DNA of 64,000 bases, from assembly GCA_040954595.2 (NCBI GenBank), contig CM082594.2, forward strand, positions 7,447,573-7,511,572, read 5' to 3'. The DNA comes from Balanoglossus misakiensis. Taxonomy: Eukaryota; Animalia; Hemichordata. The position numbers were made by a program, and so were the translations under genes. This document shows, piece after piece, positions 28,301 through 40,657 of the stretch (position 1 is its first letter; every line of letters begins with the position of its first letter). A model generated the notes under the pieces. That model saw nothing but the letters and a program-made list of their open reading frames with translations. It had not been told where the DNA came from and did no database searches.

Positions 28301-31300
28301 TCCTAAAGGGTATGAAGAGATCCTTTTTATACAGCAGAGTGTAGATCAGATTGGGATTCCGATGCAGCGTGTTCGTCAGGCAGGAGTTGATGATTTCCAA
28401 CACCATACGGATCACCTCTTCCAGCACTGCCAAATCCGTGGCCTGGTGAGTGTGTGTCAAGAAGGAAAAGGAGCGAGAGTCAATGCCGGTTATTGTTTAT
28501 GTCTTAAGGTGGTTCTGTAATTTAGGGTAAATTTTATGATTATCTTGTAATTGGGTTTGGGTCTGTGGAAGCTTGAAATAGCAGGGGGGGGGGGGTTATT
28601 TGGAATCTCACAGAAGGTACAGTTTATGGTTGAAGTTAAGGAATACACTACAGTGAAGTAATAGACTGTGGAACTCTGGAAAAGCATATATTCAAGTCAC
28701 GGTTATACTGATAAAACACACAGAGGGCGCCATACACTACAATTCCGAGGTAACTGAAGCCATTTTGCATGCAACTGGAAAGCTGTCTCATGATATAGTA
28801 CCAACAGAGGGCGCTATAACACTCGACTTGTGATGAGGAAAGGAACCACAACTTACATAGTCTGGAGCAGGCGGTGCTTCTAACCTTTCATCGTTAGAAC
28901 TTCTGTGTTCTGCCTTTGGTGAGTTCCTTAAGTGTTCCAGAATTTTGCCGTGTTTCTTGGACAGCAATTCAAAGAGACTGCAGAGAAAAGATGAACTATT
29001 ATACATGAGATTGTTTAAACACAGATGAAAAAGAACGCTGCCCTACAAAACAGGGATCTTTTGGGCTCAATTGTCAGAATTGTCAGTTTCTGTCACTCCT
29101 GCATTACCATAATGTGAAAGGTCCAACCTTGTCAGTGGGTGGGGCTTCCCATCAGGAAGTTTACAAGGGCTGTACTCACCTTACTATCCTCTGCGTAACA
29201 TATGGATGTAATGAGTGGAATTGTGACGACATATTAGCCAAAGCTGCCAGACAGTTTGTATGAAGATATTTGTCCTGTAAAGAAACAAACAAGAATACTA
29301 TCAGTGATGAGCATCTTTATTATATATCAGACAAAAATACATATTTTGGAGACAGGATTAACTTGCGATAGAACTGTGTACACTTACCCTCATTCTGGTC
29401 ATGTTATACTGTATCGTTCTAATGACAACTAAAACTATTAGACCGCCTAGTGTTATCTCAGTTATGCTGCGTTCTGTGTACCACGTGATATTCTTCACAA
29501 TCTGCAAGACACACAAAGGACAGTGTTTGCATGAACCAGTCTCCAAACAACAAATACAACTTTGCAACTTTGACATCCACTTCTCAACTTCGATTATTGT
29601 CGGACAATTACCAGGTGTTACTTACCAGTTCATGGACCGATTTATTAAAAGCGTCATCTTCGCTCATGATTAAAAGAATAATTAATGCCATGTAAATGTG
29701 GTGGGAGTTCCTTTCTTGGGCATCGTACAATATCTTGAGTATAGGAACAACCTGTGAATAGACAATAATGATGAACCAGGGGGAAACATTCAATGAAACC
29801 TTCATGATATTGCGATGTTTTTGTACACAACATCGTATCTCATCAATGCCTGCTGTATATGTCCACCATTTAACTTGTTCTGTACCTGCAACTGACATAA
29901 AGTGAGTACGTACCAATAGCTCAATGTTAGTCCGCGACAACACGTACGCTCTGATATTGGTGTTCCGATGCAAGAGTAAGTACAGTAGTAGGGTCATCTG
30001 ATCATTCTTCATGTGTTTGCAAAATGTCTCGTACAGTCCGGATAGATTCATCCTGAACACGGGGACTTGGGATGTGGGACTTGAAGCTGCCGAGTCTGGT
30101 GAATGTGCAGAACCATAATTATATCAGATACATGAACGTGTACTGCTGAAGTTGGAATAATTATTACATGCATTTTAACCCTAACGCTGCCAAGTCAGTA
30201 TGAACTGGTTTGATTTCCAGGGTGCCTAGAATCCGGGCTCCCAGGCCCGTTAGGCTGCCAAGTGTGTGTTAATCAGTAGGGCCTATACATGACCCTCAGA
30301 CCAATACAGTACAAACCAGTACGATTTGGTACATTTTTCAGGGGGCTCAGACTGCCAAGTGTGTCTAAGTACGTATGAGAGCCATGTCAAGACAGTCAAA
30401 CTACGTTTCAGAAGAAAAAGTGGCAAATACGTATTTTAAGGGACTTGACACTCTAACCAGATATGACCCCCGGTAGCAATAGGGTTAATGTTAAAATGGA
30501 TGTTCTAACTTACCTTGCAGATTTCCGAACGTACATAAAGCTTGTCTGTACGGATTATGCATCCCCTTTTCATGTGTGTAGTGATTGGCCAGTACCAGAG
30601 TCAACAGCAGACTGTGATTGGCTAGAAGAGCTTTGTCTTCAGCATCTGCAGACGCCCCTCGGCCATAGCCGAGAGTCATGACCGTCCAAATACCCGCTGG
30701 GGAGAAAGAAGAGACGATCAAGATGGCTGGAACGTCATTCATGGACACTCCCAAGAGATGGATGTAATGATCATTGTTATTGAAAATAATTGACAATGTC
30801 AGAATAGATCAAACAATACTTACATGCTACAGCTGCACCAAAGCCATAGAGCATACCTCCAGAACTCGAACCTTGATACACTTCAGGAGGACATGGCTCA
30901 TGTTTTATGATATGATCTAACAATGTCTTCACCAGTGGACATGCATCTTTTGAACTGAAAACATGAAATGTGGAAAAGTGTTGTAATTTCAACAGAATGC
31001 ATAATTGATAATAAAAACTTTTTTTCAACAGCTCCAACTTTCTTAACAACACGTCAACAGGGAGATTTCAATTCTTCAATTATACAATTATGTCTACTTG
31101 AATATTTGAAATGTTATTCAGAAATTCTTATTCTAATCCGACTCATTAAATACGCCTGAATCAGTAGGATCACTTACCATTTACCCTGCATGAGGTATTG
31201 GAAGAAGATACTGCGATGAGCTATCCTTGGAACAAACAGCTGAACTGAGAGCAACGTCAGAAGAGTGTTGATTGCTTCTAAGTGAATCACATAGGTAAAA

Positions 31301-32684
31301 TTACTGCAGATAAAAGCAGAAGTTGACATATGAGTAAGTCGTATGGAATCTAATAAACGGACAAATCTCAGCTGAAAAACTTGGTTGAAGTTGCAAACAC
31401 ACTCCAAAGCAGTGTTCTTGGTCACTTTATTGCAAGTTGTTGAATTTTGTATGAATCAATGTACTCACACGACTGGAATCTCAATCAGGAGTTGTATGAG
31501 GGCATCAATGAACCTCTCCAGCAGAGGTTCCCCGGTCTGCTTGCCCTGCTTGATGTCCTTGACGGCGAACTCTCGCAGCACGCCGCCTTCTGACATGTTC
31601 TCGTTGAAGTAGCTGATGAGGCAGCGGATGATGAAGAGGGCGTTGTGGGTCTGCCAGGTGAAGACATGGCTGAAGGAGAAAAAGACATTCTTTTTGTTTG
31701 CGTGTCCACTGCTGCTTGAAGGTAGAGATACAGACAGAGGGTCAGAGATTAGTCCTGACTTTGAAGTGTGAAATACGCGAGATCGGTGATTTTTCAAAGA
31801 TGAAGGGAGAATGAAAACCGAGCCATGGAAACGATTGAGATTGAGAATTCTGCATTCATGTCCCCCGAGAGATCCATTTACAAGATGATTTTTGCCACCG
31901 GTTTATGAGAGAACAATATATTACTTGATGTTCACCAACATGCTTATTACCTAAAATCACCCAAGATGTTTGCTTGGAGTTCAGCTACAGATTAAAGACA
32001 CAAGCGCTCACCTTCAAAGCAGCAGCATACATGTACATGCAAATAAAGTGTCTACAGAAATGCACTAAGATTAACTCTACGGCAAGTCATGTATAATTCA
32101 TGTAAATTATATCCAGATTGATTAATAGACTAACCCTTCACCCTTCTATCTCTGTGTATCGGTCCAACCATACTACTGAAACAGCATGGTTGAAGCAGGT
32201 TAAATTGTAGTTGTAGTTGACATTACACCTTATGCCTTTGAAAATCATGCATGGCACAGGCAGTGACTTACTTTTCACACTGTGTTGAGGTCTTCATTTC
32301 AGACGCTCTCATCAAGAACACATCCACCAGGGAACAAAAGTTCCCAGTCTTCAGATTGTTTTCGGCTGCAAAAGTAAGTTGTACAGAAACTGTCAGTTAT
32401 GGTTGCATCACCAGGCAAGTAGCAGTGTGAACAGTGAGAGGAAGGAATCTTTTCTAGCAACATCACTGTTGAGTCTTGTTTATAGACTTACCAAATACTT
32501 TACATATTGGGCTGATCTGCTCTACCAGTAGTCTGTTGTCTGAACTGGTTTGTGGAGGGCAGAAGGAGAAGGATAGAAACTGATTCCAGAAGGGGTCATT
32601 CTCCGATATCAACTCTTTGCCAGCTAGTTTCTTCACCAGATCATTGCTGGACAATTCACTAATGCTGCTGCTGTTAGCACCCAT
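25344..32684 (-). CDS. DYM: Dymeclin (multi-exon Golgi/trafficking protein)
   Basis: Exon translations match dymeclin: start [11 protein letters not shown]...[16 protein letters not shown] (ATG 32684, Gly2 myristoylation-type start); [17 protein letters not shown]; [16 protein letters not shown]; [22 protein letters not shown]; [24 protein letters not shown]; [20 protein letters not shown]...[15 protein letters not shown]...[12 protein letters not shown]. Last two exons are 25719-25603 and 25487-25344 ([28 protein letters not shown]...TAG). The junctions I checked are GT-AG. Confidence 0.96.
30175..30488. mobile_element. MITE with TTAA target sites (piggyBac-type ends) in a DYM intron
   Basis: Left end TTAA|CCCTAACGCTGCC; right end GGTAGCAATAGGG|TTAA (reverse complement TTAACCCTATTGCTACC). 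About 306 bp between the TTAA sites, three internal CTGCCAAGT repeats, no ORF. Confidence 0.75.
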
Positions 32685-33595
32685 GGTGGACACCCACAAA
32701 TCAAGTCAGGCGCTGGAGACTAAAGCAAAACGAAAAGACAAATACAGGTCAGTACACCTTGGGTAATATTTGTAATAAATGTGTATCATAATTATATAAT
32801 AATGTGGAGTGATCTGATCGCTGGTACAGGTTCGACATTGCCGACTCGCTTCGAAATGATACAAAATATCTATTCATAGATATACATCCCCTATTTTCAC
32901 TGCAACAGATCATTCACGGATTACCACAATATGTTACTTCCTGAACATTTGCATACACACATTTCAGGTGTCAGTGGAACTCTAATAAACCTGCACACAG
33001 TGTTGGCGTTAGTTGATGAAATTAGCATGACACAAATGAATATTAAATGTTTATTCTACTATGCATGTGGCCCATAGTAAACAACAGGCAATCTAATGCT
33101 TTGTTTACAAATTACTGATAATCTTTTCAAAGCAAAACTAGTGTGTAAACCTAACAAGGCATTTGCATGTACCTCCAGCCTTGTCTAGAACCTGGATTGA
33201 CGAAATCTGACAGCTGAAACAGACACGGCGATCAGTTGAGTATGACTAACTGTCTATTTTGGGTTCACTGTGGTATTGCTGGTCATTCACAGGGTTCAAA
33301 TACACACTCTGTGACCTTTAAACTTTGGTATTAGTACTATACAATCCCATCATGGGTACAGGTTGTCCCAAGTCCAAATATCTAAATGAAAGTTGCTATA
33401 TCATTTGCTCCCAGACAATATTTAACTTTGCCGACATATTTTCGACATCTTACAGTTGACAACACCCTAAAAATATTCTCGTGTCTGATAGCGTGGAAAA
33501 AATATTAAAGTGGAACTGGACAGCAGTCATACACTGATGATACAGACAGTGACCCAGTGATGCGACCGGTCTCCACGCGAATGTTGACGATCTAC

Positions 33596-33989
33596 CTCTG
33601 TTAGACCCTATTCAGATTATGTCCATATTACCTAATGACTGCTATAAACCAAAGGTTATTTTCTCTCAATAATAATCAATGGTACTCACTCAAAATCTTC
33701 TCGTTCCCCAAATTTGTCTCGGAACGACTGTATTTTTACGCTTGTTCGGCCATATTGGGTTACCACGTCGCACGCATGCGCAACCACAATCCCAGTTCGT
33801 CGGCTATTTTCGGAATCATGTCATCATAATGTTAATTTTTAAATGTAAAGTTAAAATTTTATTTCTCACTCCGCATAAACATGCATTAGTTTCTTTTTGA
33901 CCCAATGAAGTGTAAAGGAAACCCTTAAAAAGTCGATATTTTGCACGGTTAAACCAACAGAACTGAATCGGTAAAATCCGGACTTGGAA
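33596..33989. promoter_or_regulatory. Putative bidirectional promoter between DYM and the MIF4G gene
   Basis: Head-to-head genes; NRF1-type CGCATGCGCA at 33773-33782; YY1-type GGCCATATT at ~33749; possible minus-strand 5'UTR exon donor (GAG|GTAGAT) near 33595. Confidence 0.5.
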
Positions 33990-35373
33990 ATGGATTCAGA
34001 TTCATTTGCAACAAACATGGCCACAGCAACAGAGGCACCGGCTCACAGTTACAGAGGTAGAGGACGCGGGCGTGGAATTCGACCAATTCCTGAAGGGTTG
34101 GTGGTTCCTTTGAGAAGGCCACATGGCGGTGAACAAGTAGAACTATCGGTAAGTGGAACTCGATTTAACATAACCTAGTGACTGTGAGTTGTCGCTCTGA
34201 TCATGCTGATGGAGACGGGCGCGCCGCGCTTGGAAGTTGGCTGAAGTTTTTTTTGCTCATCAGAATGATTGTTATCTGAGGAAATAGACACAAAATATAC
34301 AAACGGAAATGTTTCAAAACCCTTTAGTAAAAATTCTTGCATCGTAGTTGTGCATTGCTTATTATTGCAACACTGCATGGCCACTGACAAATCTTTCAGA
34401 GACCATCCCTGGATGAAATCAGTCAGCGGATGCAACATGTTACCAAGGAAACGGTGGAAGAAGATGCGACTCAACTGATGAACATGGTCAGAAATTATGC
34501 GAACGACAGCAAACATCTACAAGATGTCGTTAACAACCTCTACAAGCTTGCCTTAAAGAGCAGCAACTTTGGAGTCATCGCTTCAGAACTGACAAAGAGG
34601 ATGGCAAACATCGAAGTGGACGGTGCCAAATTCCGCAACTTGATGCTGAAGCTTCTGCAGTCGGATTTCGTGAAACGGGACAATCTAAGGAGAGATTCAC
34701 TAAACAGCTGGCTTGGGTTTGTCGCGTTCCTTGTTGAACTGTTTGCAGTATTGAGAACCCAGAATGGCGATGTCTTGAAAGCTTTATCGAAACCAACATT
34801 TGTGAGTTTGACTGAGGTGAGTATGTAATATAAAATTAAAGAAGTAGTGTGATTTTTAAGATCTTGAGCTAAACTTTTCTTTTTTGTAAAAAAAATATTT
34901 GGGTATATTCGCTGTGTTGAATTTTCATTTCCCTGCTTGTATCTCTCAATAGCTTCTAAGCAGTAGAGACAGCACATCCGCAGAAGAAGAATTAGAGCAT
35001 TGCGTTGGTTTGGTAAGACTTATATTTCTAACACTTCCATTTCTTTTCACTTTTGTGGCTTCACTGGTAGATTTATTCCAAGTTCTCCTGACAACATAGC
35101 TTGGTACATTGAAATTATGTGTGAAAATCACACATTTATGTCCTTTTATTTTTTATCCCCTTGAAGTTGAAACAAAGGGGTCGATTCCTGCAGGAGCAAG
35201 ACGTTGCCAATATGGAGTGTTTGCTGAAGGCACTGCGGGATAAGCTACTGGATATAGAAACATCGGCATACGGAAGATGTCTTCTGCTGGAAGTGCTGGA
35301 GATGAGTGCCAGAGGATGGGGACTTAGTGATGATATCAAGGAATATTACAGAGAGGTGATCAACAGATATTAG
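33990..35373 (+). CDS. MIF4G-domain protein, CTIF/MIF4GD (SLIP1) family, ~280 aa
   Basis: Four in-frame GT-AG exons: 33990-34148, 34400-34816, 34953-35012, 35167-35373 (alternative ATG 34017). MANIEVDGAKFRNLMLKLLQSDF, WLGFVAFLVELF and LRDKLL...GRCLLLEVLEMSARGW align by eye with the recalled C-terminal MIF4G domain of vertebrate CTIF. N-terminal RGRGRGRG tract. Confidence 0.88.
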
Positions 35374-36444
35374 TCACCAATGTTACCGGTTACAGGATAC
35401 ACACTCTTCAGCTGCCGTGTTTGTTTGGCATAAAAGTTAATCATGGAAAAAAACACCTTGACTTTCTTATTGTGTGGTGCTAAATATTTTACATTGTTGT
35501 TCTCTTCTTGCCGAAATAATGATATGAAAAAAAACTTTTTTTACAAGAGAAATCATTTTATTTACAATATTCTGAAAGGTTTTGCTTTTATACGACAATC
35601 ACAGGGTGCCAATAATTTCATTTGTATGAGTAACTCGATTTTAAGCTCACATGCATGGTTTTATTTACATTTGAATTTGAGTATTGATCACCTTCACCAC
35701 CTGGTCAGGTTTGAAAACAAACTATACTCCATCCATTTTCAAAAGTATTCAAAGTGAACTTTCAATATGTTTGTGTGAGAGACAGCTTTGTGTATCAGTA
35801 TTCATTTTTGAAACATGCACACATAACTTGTAAGACTTGCAGTGCTGATGTGTAATATTGAAACAGTTTTTTGGGAGATTTGTATGCTTTTGTCGAGGTG
35901 TTTCTCACATTTTAAGAAATAAAAATTTTGTACTTTGTTAAATACCCTTGTTGTCGACAGAGTTTGTGATAAATACAATAATATGGTATGAGTCTGTGAC
36001 TAAAGGTCACCTTTTGAAAAGAAAAATATATTTTTGATTGGCTAATTATTCTTATAATTTCAAACTTACTTTTCCTAATTTTAATTGCATCAAATAGTCC
36101 GTCTTCATCTTCAAAAAAATATACAATCTATATTATACAATGTGCATTTTTAGTTGTATGTGTATGAAAAAAAATTATGCCAACAATATTACATTATGTA
36201 CATCCCTGTCAAAAATAAATGTAACCTTAATGTTTAGAAGACGTCTTAAATATGTGCATCCCATTTGACATGGAAAGTGGTGGTGTTGCAGTAAAGTCAT
36301 TCAGAGTGTGACTAATAATATAAATATTTCAGTTATTCTGCATGGATGAAATAATAACTTTTGTACCTGGTATGCTTTAACGTACAGCTGCAAGACTTGG
36401 ATAAAAGGTCGTAATTAAGATGAAACTACTGATTGCAAAAGTGT

Positions 36445-39400
36445 TTAGTCGATTTTGGTACCACCTAATGGAGTACTTCTGCCGACTGTTGCATTGAACC
36501 TTGGTCTGTTTTTCAACTGCCCTTCTTTGCTTTTGGCATTCTGGGCTGCCAGTGAAGGCGATCTGTAAAAATAGCAAATGCAAGCACAAAGAAAATTAAA
36601 CATTGACCAACATTGAAATAATTTCAACAAAAACTCATGAACAGAACTAGACTATGTTCAAAAACAATACAGGAAAAGAAATGAAGTATCTTGATAAACT
36701 TACTGTAATAACATATCTACAGTTTCTTGCGTCTTCTTGGTTTTCTTGTGATTGTTACCATAGAGAATGACCTGTATGCTGAGACACTGAAGTAAGAACG
36801 AGGAAAAAAATGTTAGAAATGGGTCGTGTGGGGGCGCTATATTTAACCTGAGGCAAAGTATGCAGTTTAGAATTTTAAGCTTCAAACTGCAATGACACTA
36901 CACTGCATTATTGAACCCATAAGGCAAGAAATATGCTCTCACAAATGGATGAAGGTATACAACATAGACTTCCTACCTTTCTGAAATGTTTCAATGCTCT
37001 GTCCATGTTTCCCTGCGATAGCCTGATAGACCCGAACAACTTGTATGATTCTGCCACCTCCTCACTCATGTCACCGTAGCATGCTCCCTTGGAGTCTATA
37101 ATGGTCTTCAGCAGAATCACTGCGTCCTGTAAATTCAATTGTTTTGATTGCAGAAAGATTTATTGTGTCAGACTTGTGGATGCAATAAAGGTGGTTTTAA
37201 ATGTGGTACATGCATTCACGCATGCAGGCAAACACTCACACACACAAATTAGAGGGTACATGTAATTGATTTCTGACCTCAGCTCTGTCAGTCCTCAGCA
37301 GAAGCTTGCATAAATCGTCTTGCACTTCGATGGTCTTCGGATGATGCGGTCCGTGCACCATCTGGTAGATGCCCAGACTCTCTTCCAGGTACCTCTCAGC
37401 CGACACTAAGACACATGGATGGAGAAATTGGTGATGTGTAGATGTATAGACAGACAGACCAAGTATTGACAGGGTAAATGTTTTACAAGTGACTGAAAGT
37501 GAACTGTGAGGGCAGCCTACCTTCTCCATCCTCTGTCTCCGCTTCTGCATTGGCAAGGGCCAACATATGAGCAGCCTGGGCAACTTCATCACTCTGTCTT
37601 GGGTAACTGCAACATTCAGAGATTAAATAAAATTAACATCAACAGTTTCTATTAAACTGACTACCGTGAAGCAAATTTCAATGTGCACCTCTCAAAGCCA
37701 ATTCCTCTGTGATCAAATGGTTCAGTCCTGTGAAAAGATGCCACAAGCTGACTTACCTTACTCCTGCAATGGAATGTGCCTGTAGGTACATCTCAATGGC
37801 CCTGTCGTGATTGGCGTGCTTGCCTTTGCTTTGTTCTAAGTGTACTTAGTCAAGGATGTTATCATCACCATGGAAACAAGATTCCACTCATTTTCATACA
37901 ATAAGTCAACTCACAGGAGGTCTAAGGTCACACCATATTCAACAAGTTAATATACAAGCTTAAAACTGACCCCTGCATAACTTTTCATCATGAAAATTTA
38001 ATACATGAAATTTTGAAAAGGATATTCTTCCCAAGTCTTGATACACCGGAATCAGCTCTGGACTATCTTTGCCATAGTTCCGTCGGATCAGGTCGATGGC
38101 TTTGTCAAAGCAGCTGGCTCCTAAGGCTGCCTTGTTTTGGCTTATGCAAAGTCTGTGGATATAGAATGAGGGAAACACAGATGTTAGAGTACATGGGGAA
38201 GAAAAGTTGTGTATGCTATGAATCTTGCCAGCAATAGATAAAAGACTCACTTTCCCAGTGCAATGGCTATTTTGATGTCTATGTCTGCTTGCTCATAATC
38301 ATCTATTCCAGCAAGTTTACTTCTGTCATCTGATATCTTCTCAGCTTTGATAAGATTGTGCTCCGCCTCGGTATACGTGATAGACAAGTTTTGTCAAGGA
38401 GAAAAACATATCATATCAATCAAGAATTATATCTGTTTGCAATAATAGTTCAAGAACAGAGACCACTAAACACACACTGTAAAATCTAGATATTTAACAT
38501 TTTGCATCATGAAAGGATATTTCTTCATCATGGTCTGAGATCTTCCCAGCACAAAGTAGACACGGATGAGAGTGTAGAGCAGCTTGGCTTTCTCTGTAGC
38601 ATCTGTACTGTGGACTGTACTCAACAGGATGTTCTTGGCGATAGTGGCATGGTGGAAACCCTGGGCTGCCAGACCTTAGAAAGAGAAAACAACATACATA
38701 ACATACTTGTCAGTTGAGCATCACAGTTTAGGAAAAACAACAAATAAGGCAGACACTAAATAATTTTAATTTAGGATATTTTTGGAAACACTGAAACATG
38801 GCACTACATCATTGGTATCCAGGAAATGAAACTGACATACACACACACACATACATACCTTTTAAGAGTAAGTAGCCATTGGCCAGGTTGGCGTGACTTT
38901 CAGCCAATCGCCAGTGGCCATCACCGTAGATGATGCGAGCCAATGGGACACAGCGGATCAACTGGTGAATGGCTCGGTCAGCCTGAAAGCAATGAAACAC
39001 GAAACTTGAAACTGTAGTGTGATGGGTAGTATATTTCATTAGCTTTGAAACAGACACCAGTGCTTCAATCAGTGTTGCGTACCCAAAGTGAGTGATGTAT
39101 GATGGTCAAATGGAGAGTTCATCAACTGCTTTGATTAATAGCTGCAGTGTGTCATTATATAGCATCAAAAGATGCAAAGTACACACTGAGAACACTAATA
39201 AACATATCAACGTACATATTTCTTTTTTGTATATTTCTTGGCTGAGTTCTCGGCCTTCTCCAGGAGTTCTTCTGGCGGGGTCATGTTGGCTTTTTTCCTC
39301 CGTTTTGTTTTCCCCATTGATCTCGTTGAAGTGAGGGGCGCCTCCTCCTCCGATGTGAATTCATCTGTGCTGTTATTTGGATCAAAATTGTGTGGCGAGG

Positions 39401-39713
39401 ATTAAAATTACACACCATAGTATTTCATACCAGTGTTGACATATGTGACTGAGTGACTGAGTATTAGCATTAGGTTTAGCTGCATTTATGAAAAATGGAT
39501 ATTAAAACCGGACTACAACAAGCACTCGAAATGCATCATAATGAAAATGTACCTGACTTCTCGGTGTCTTCTGTGTCTATCAGTAACATCATCATCATCA
39601 TCATCATCATCATAGTCTACATCCACAATCCCAGTACCTGTAGGTATGCTAACAGGAGCCCTCCCAACGTCAATCGTCTTCAGTTCTTCGTCGGAGCTGT
39701 AAATGTCAGCCAT
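36445..39713 (-). CDS. TTC23: Tetratricopeptide repeat protein 23-like (TTC23/TTC23L family)
   Basis: [39 protein letters not shown] matches the recalled TTC23 N-terminal TPR; further TPR exons ([27 protein letters not shown]; [27 protein letters not shown]). ATG 39713, stop 36445. A continuous frame requires AT-AC introns at 38520-38377 and 38025-37840. Confidence 0.85.
37840..38025 (-). other. U12-type (minor spliceosome) AT-AC intron, 186 nt
   Basis: Minus strand: AGA|ATATCCTTTT ... TCCTTGAC (37856-37849) taagtac AC|TTA GAA CAA; joins YQDLGR to LEQSKGKH in frame. Confidence 0.9.
38377..38520 (-). other. U12-type (minor spliceosome) AT-AC intron, 144 nt
   Basis: Minus strand: AAG AA|ATATCCTTT ... 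TCCTTGAC (38400-38393) ... ctatcAC|G TAT ACC GAG; joins [10 protein letters not shown] to [13 protein letters not shown] in frame. Confidence 0.92.
39587..39613. repeat. (CAT)n/(GAT)n trinucleotide repeat
   Basis: About 9 CAT units. Probably inside a ~59-nt intron preceding a ~24-nt microexon of the TTC23-like gene, judged from phase compatibility with the next exon. Confidence 0.8.
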
Positions 39714-40657
39714 GATTGGATTCAACGGCCTCAAACGGAACTGTTCGGTATTTCAGAAGAGACTGTCGCACGAGATTCCTTCAGTAATGAAAGGGAACGT
39801 CAAAAAACAGCAAGATATCGGTCGTTGTTTAGCCGTTGCTACCGAAGCTAGTGTCACTCACTGTCCGCCATCTTGAATGACGCCCCCTAGCGACAAATAA
39901 TTTTTAAAACGTACAACTTTATTTTGCCACTGTCTTACGCACGTACAGGAGTGTAGCTAAAGCTTAGAAATTTTAAGATCCACGCAGACTCTGGTTGATT
40001 GTTTGTATGATGCATCACTTACAAAACCATCATGTAACAGCTGTACTGAATTCGAACTTGGAAACAAATGTCCTTTTGGAGCACAGCTGCACATAAACCA
40101 TTTGTCCAATTTGCGAGGCCAGATGATTAATTGAAGGATTTTGCAACCCGCAAAGCAACTGTCCTAACAGGAGAATTGTCCTGCAATCCCTTTCATGTGA
40201 CAGAAATTGGTGTAAAATACTAGTATAACACAACAAGAAACTAGCCACAACCGTTGCTATCAACTCGATTTATTTATTAAAGACAAAGTTGACAAGCACT
40301 TCAAGAATATTCCTTTACTTACGGAAGTTACAGAGACAATCGGCTCATCTTACAATACTACTCCGAATTTCTGACAATTTCTTTTTATTCTATTTACTGT
40401 GAAATTTATACTAAAATCAACACTGCCCTAATATAGGTCATATTTTCGCGGACTAAAAACAATACAGTGTGAGATTCGTGCCAGTGGAGAAAGTGAATGA
40501 TGATACTGGTTACCTGGGCGACACTGTGGGTGTTATGGCGTAGTAGCACTATGAGACTCTTGGTGTCATTTTCCATCGAGTAAATAACAAACTCTGAAAT
40601 CAATGTTCGGGTCTTTATTTATGCTAAGGCAGCGAATGTTTCTACCTCTGGGTAGCA

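Noticed and set aside
39580-39637. Poly-Asp tract in the TTC23-like N-terminus
   Set aside because: Reading through it gives a phase incompatible with the next conserved exon; the GAT repeat is more likely intronic.
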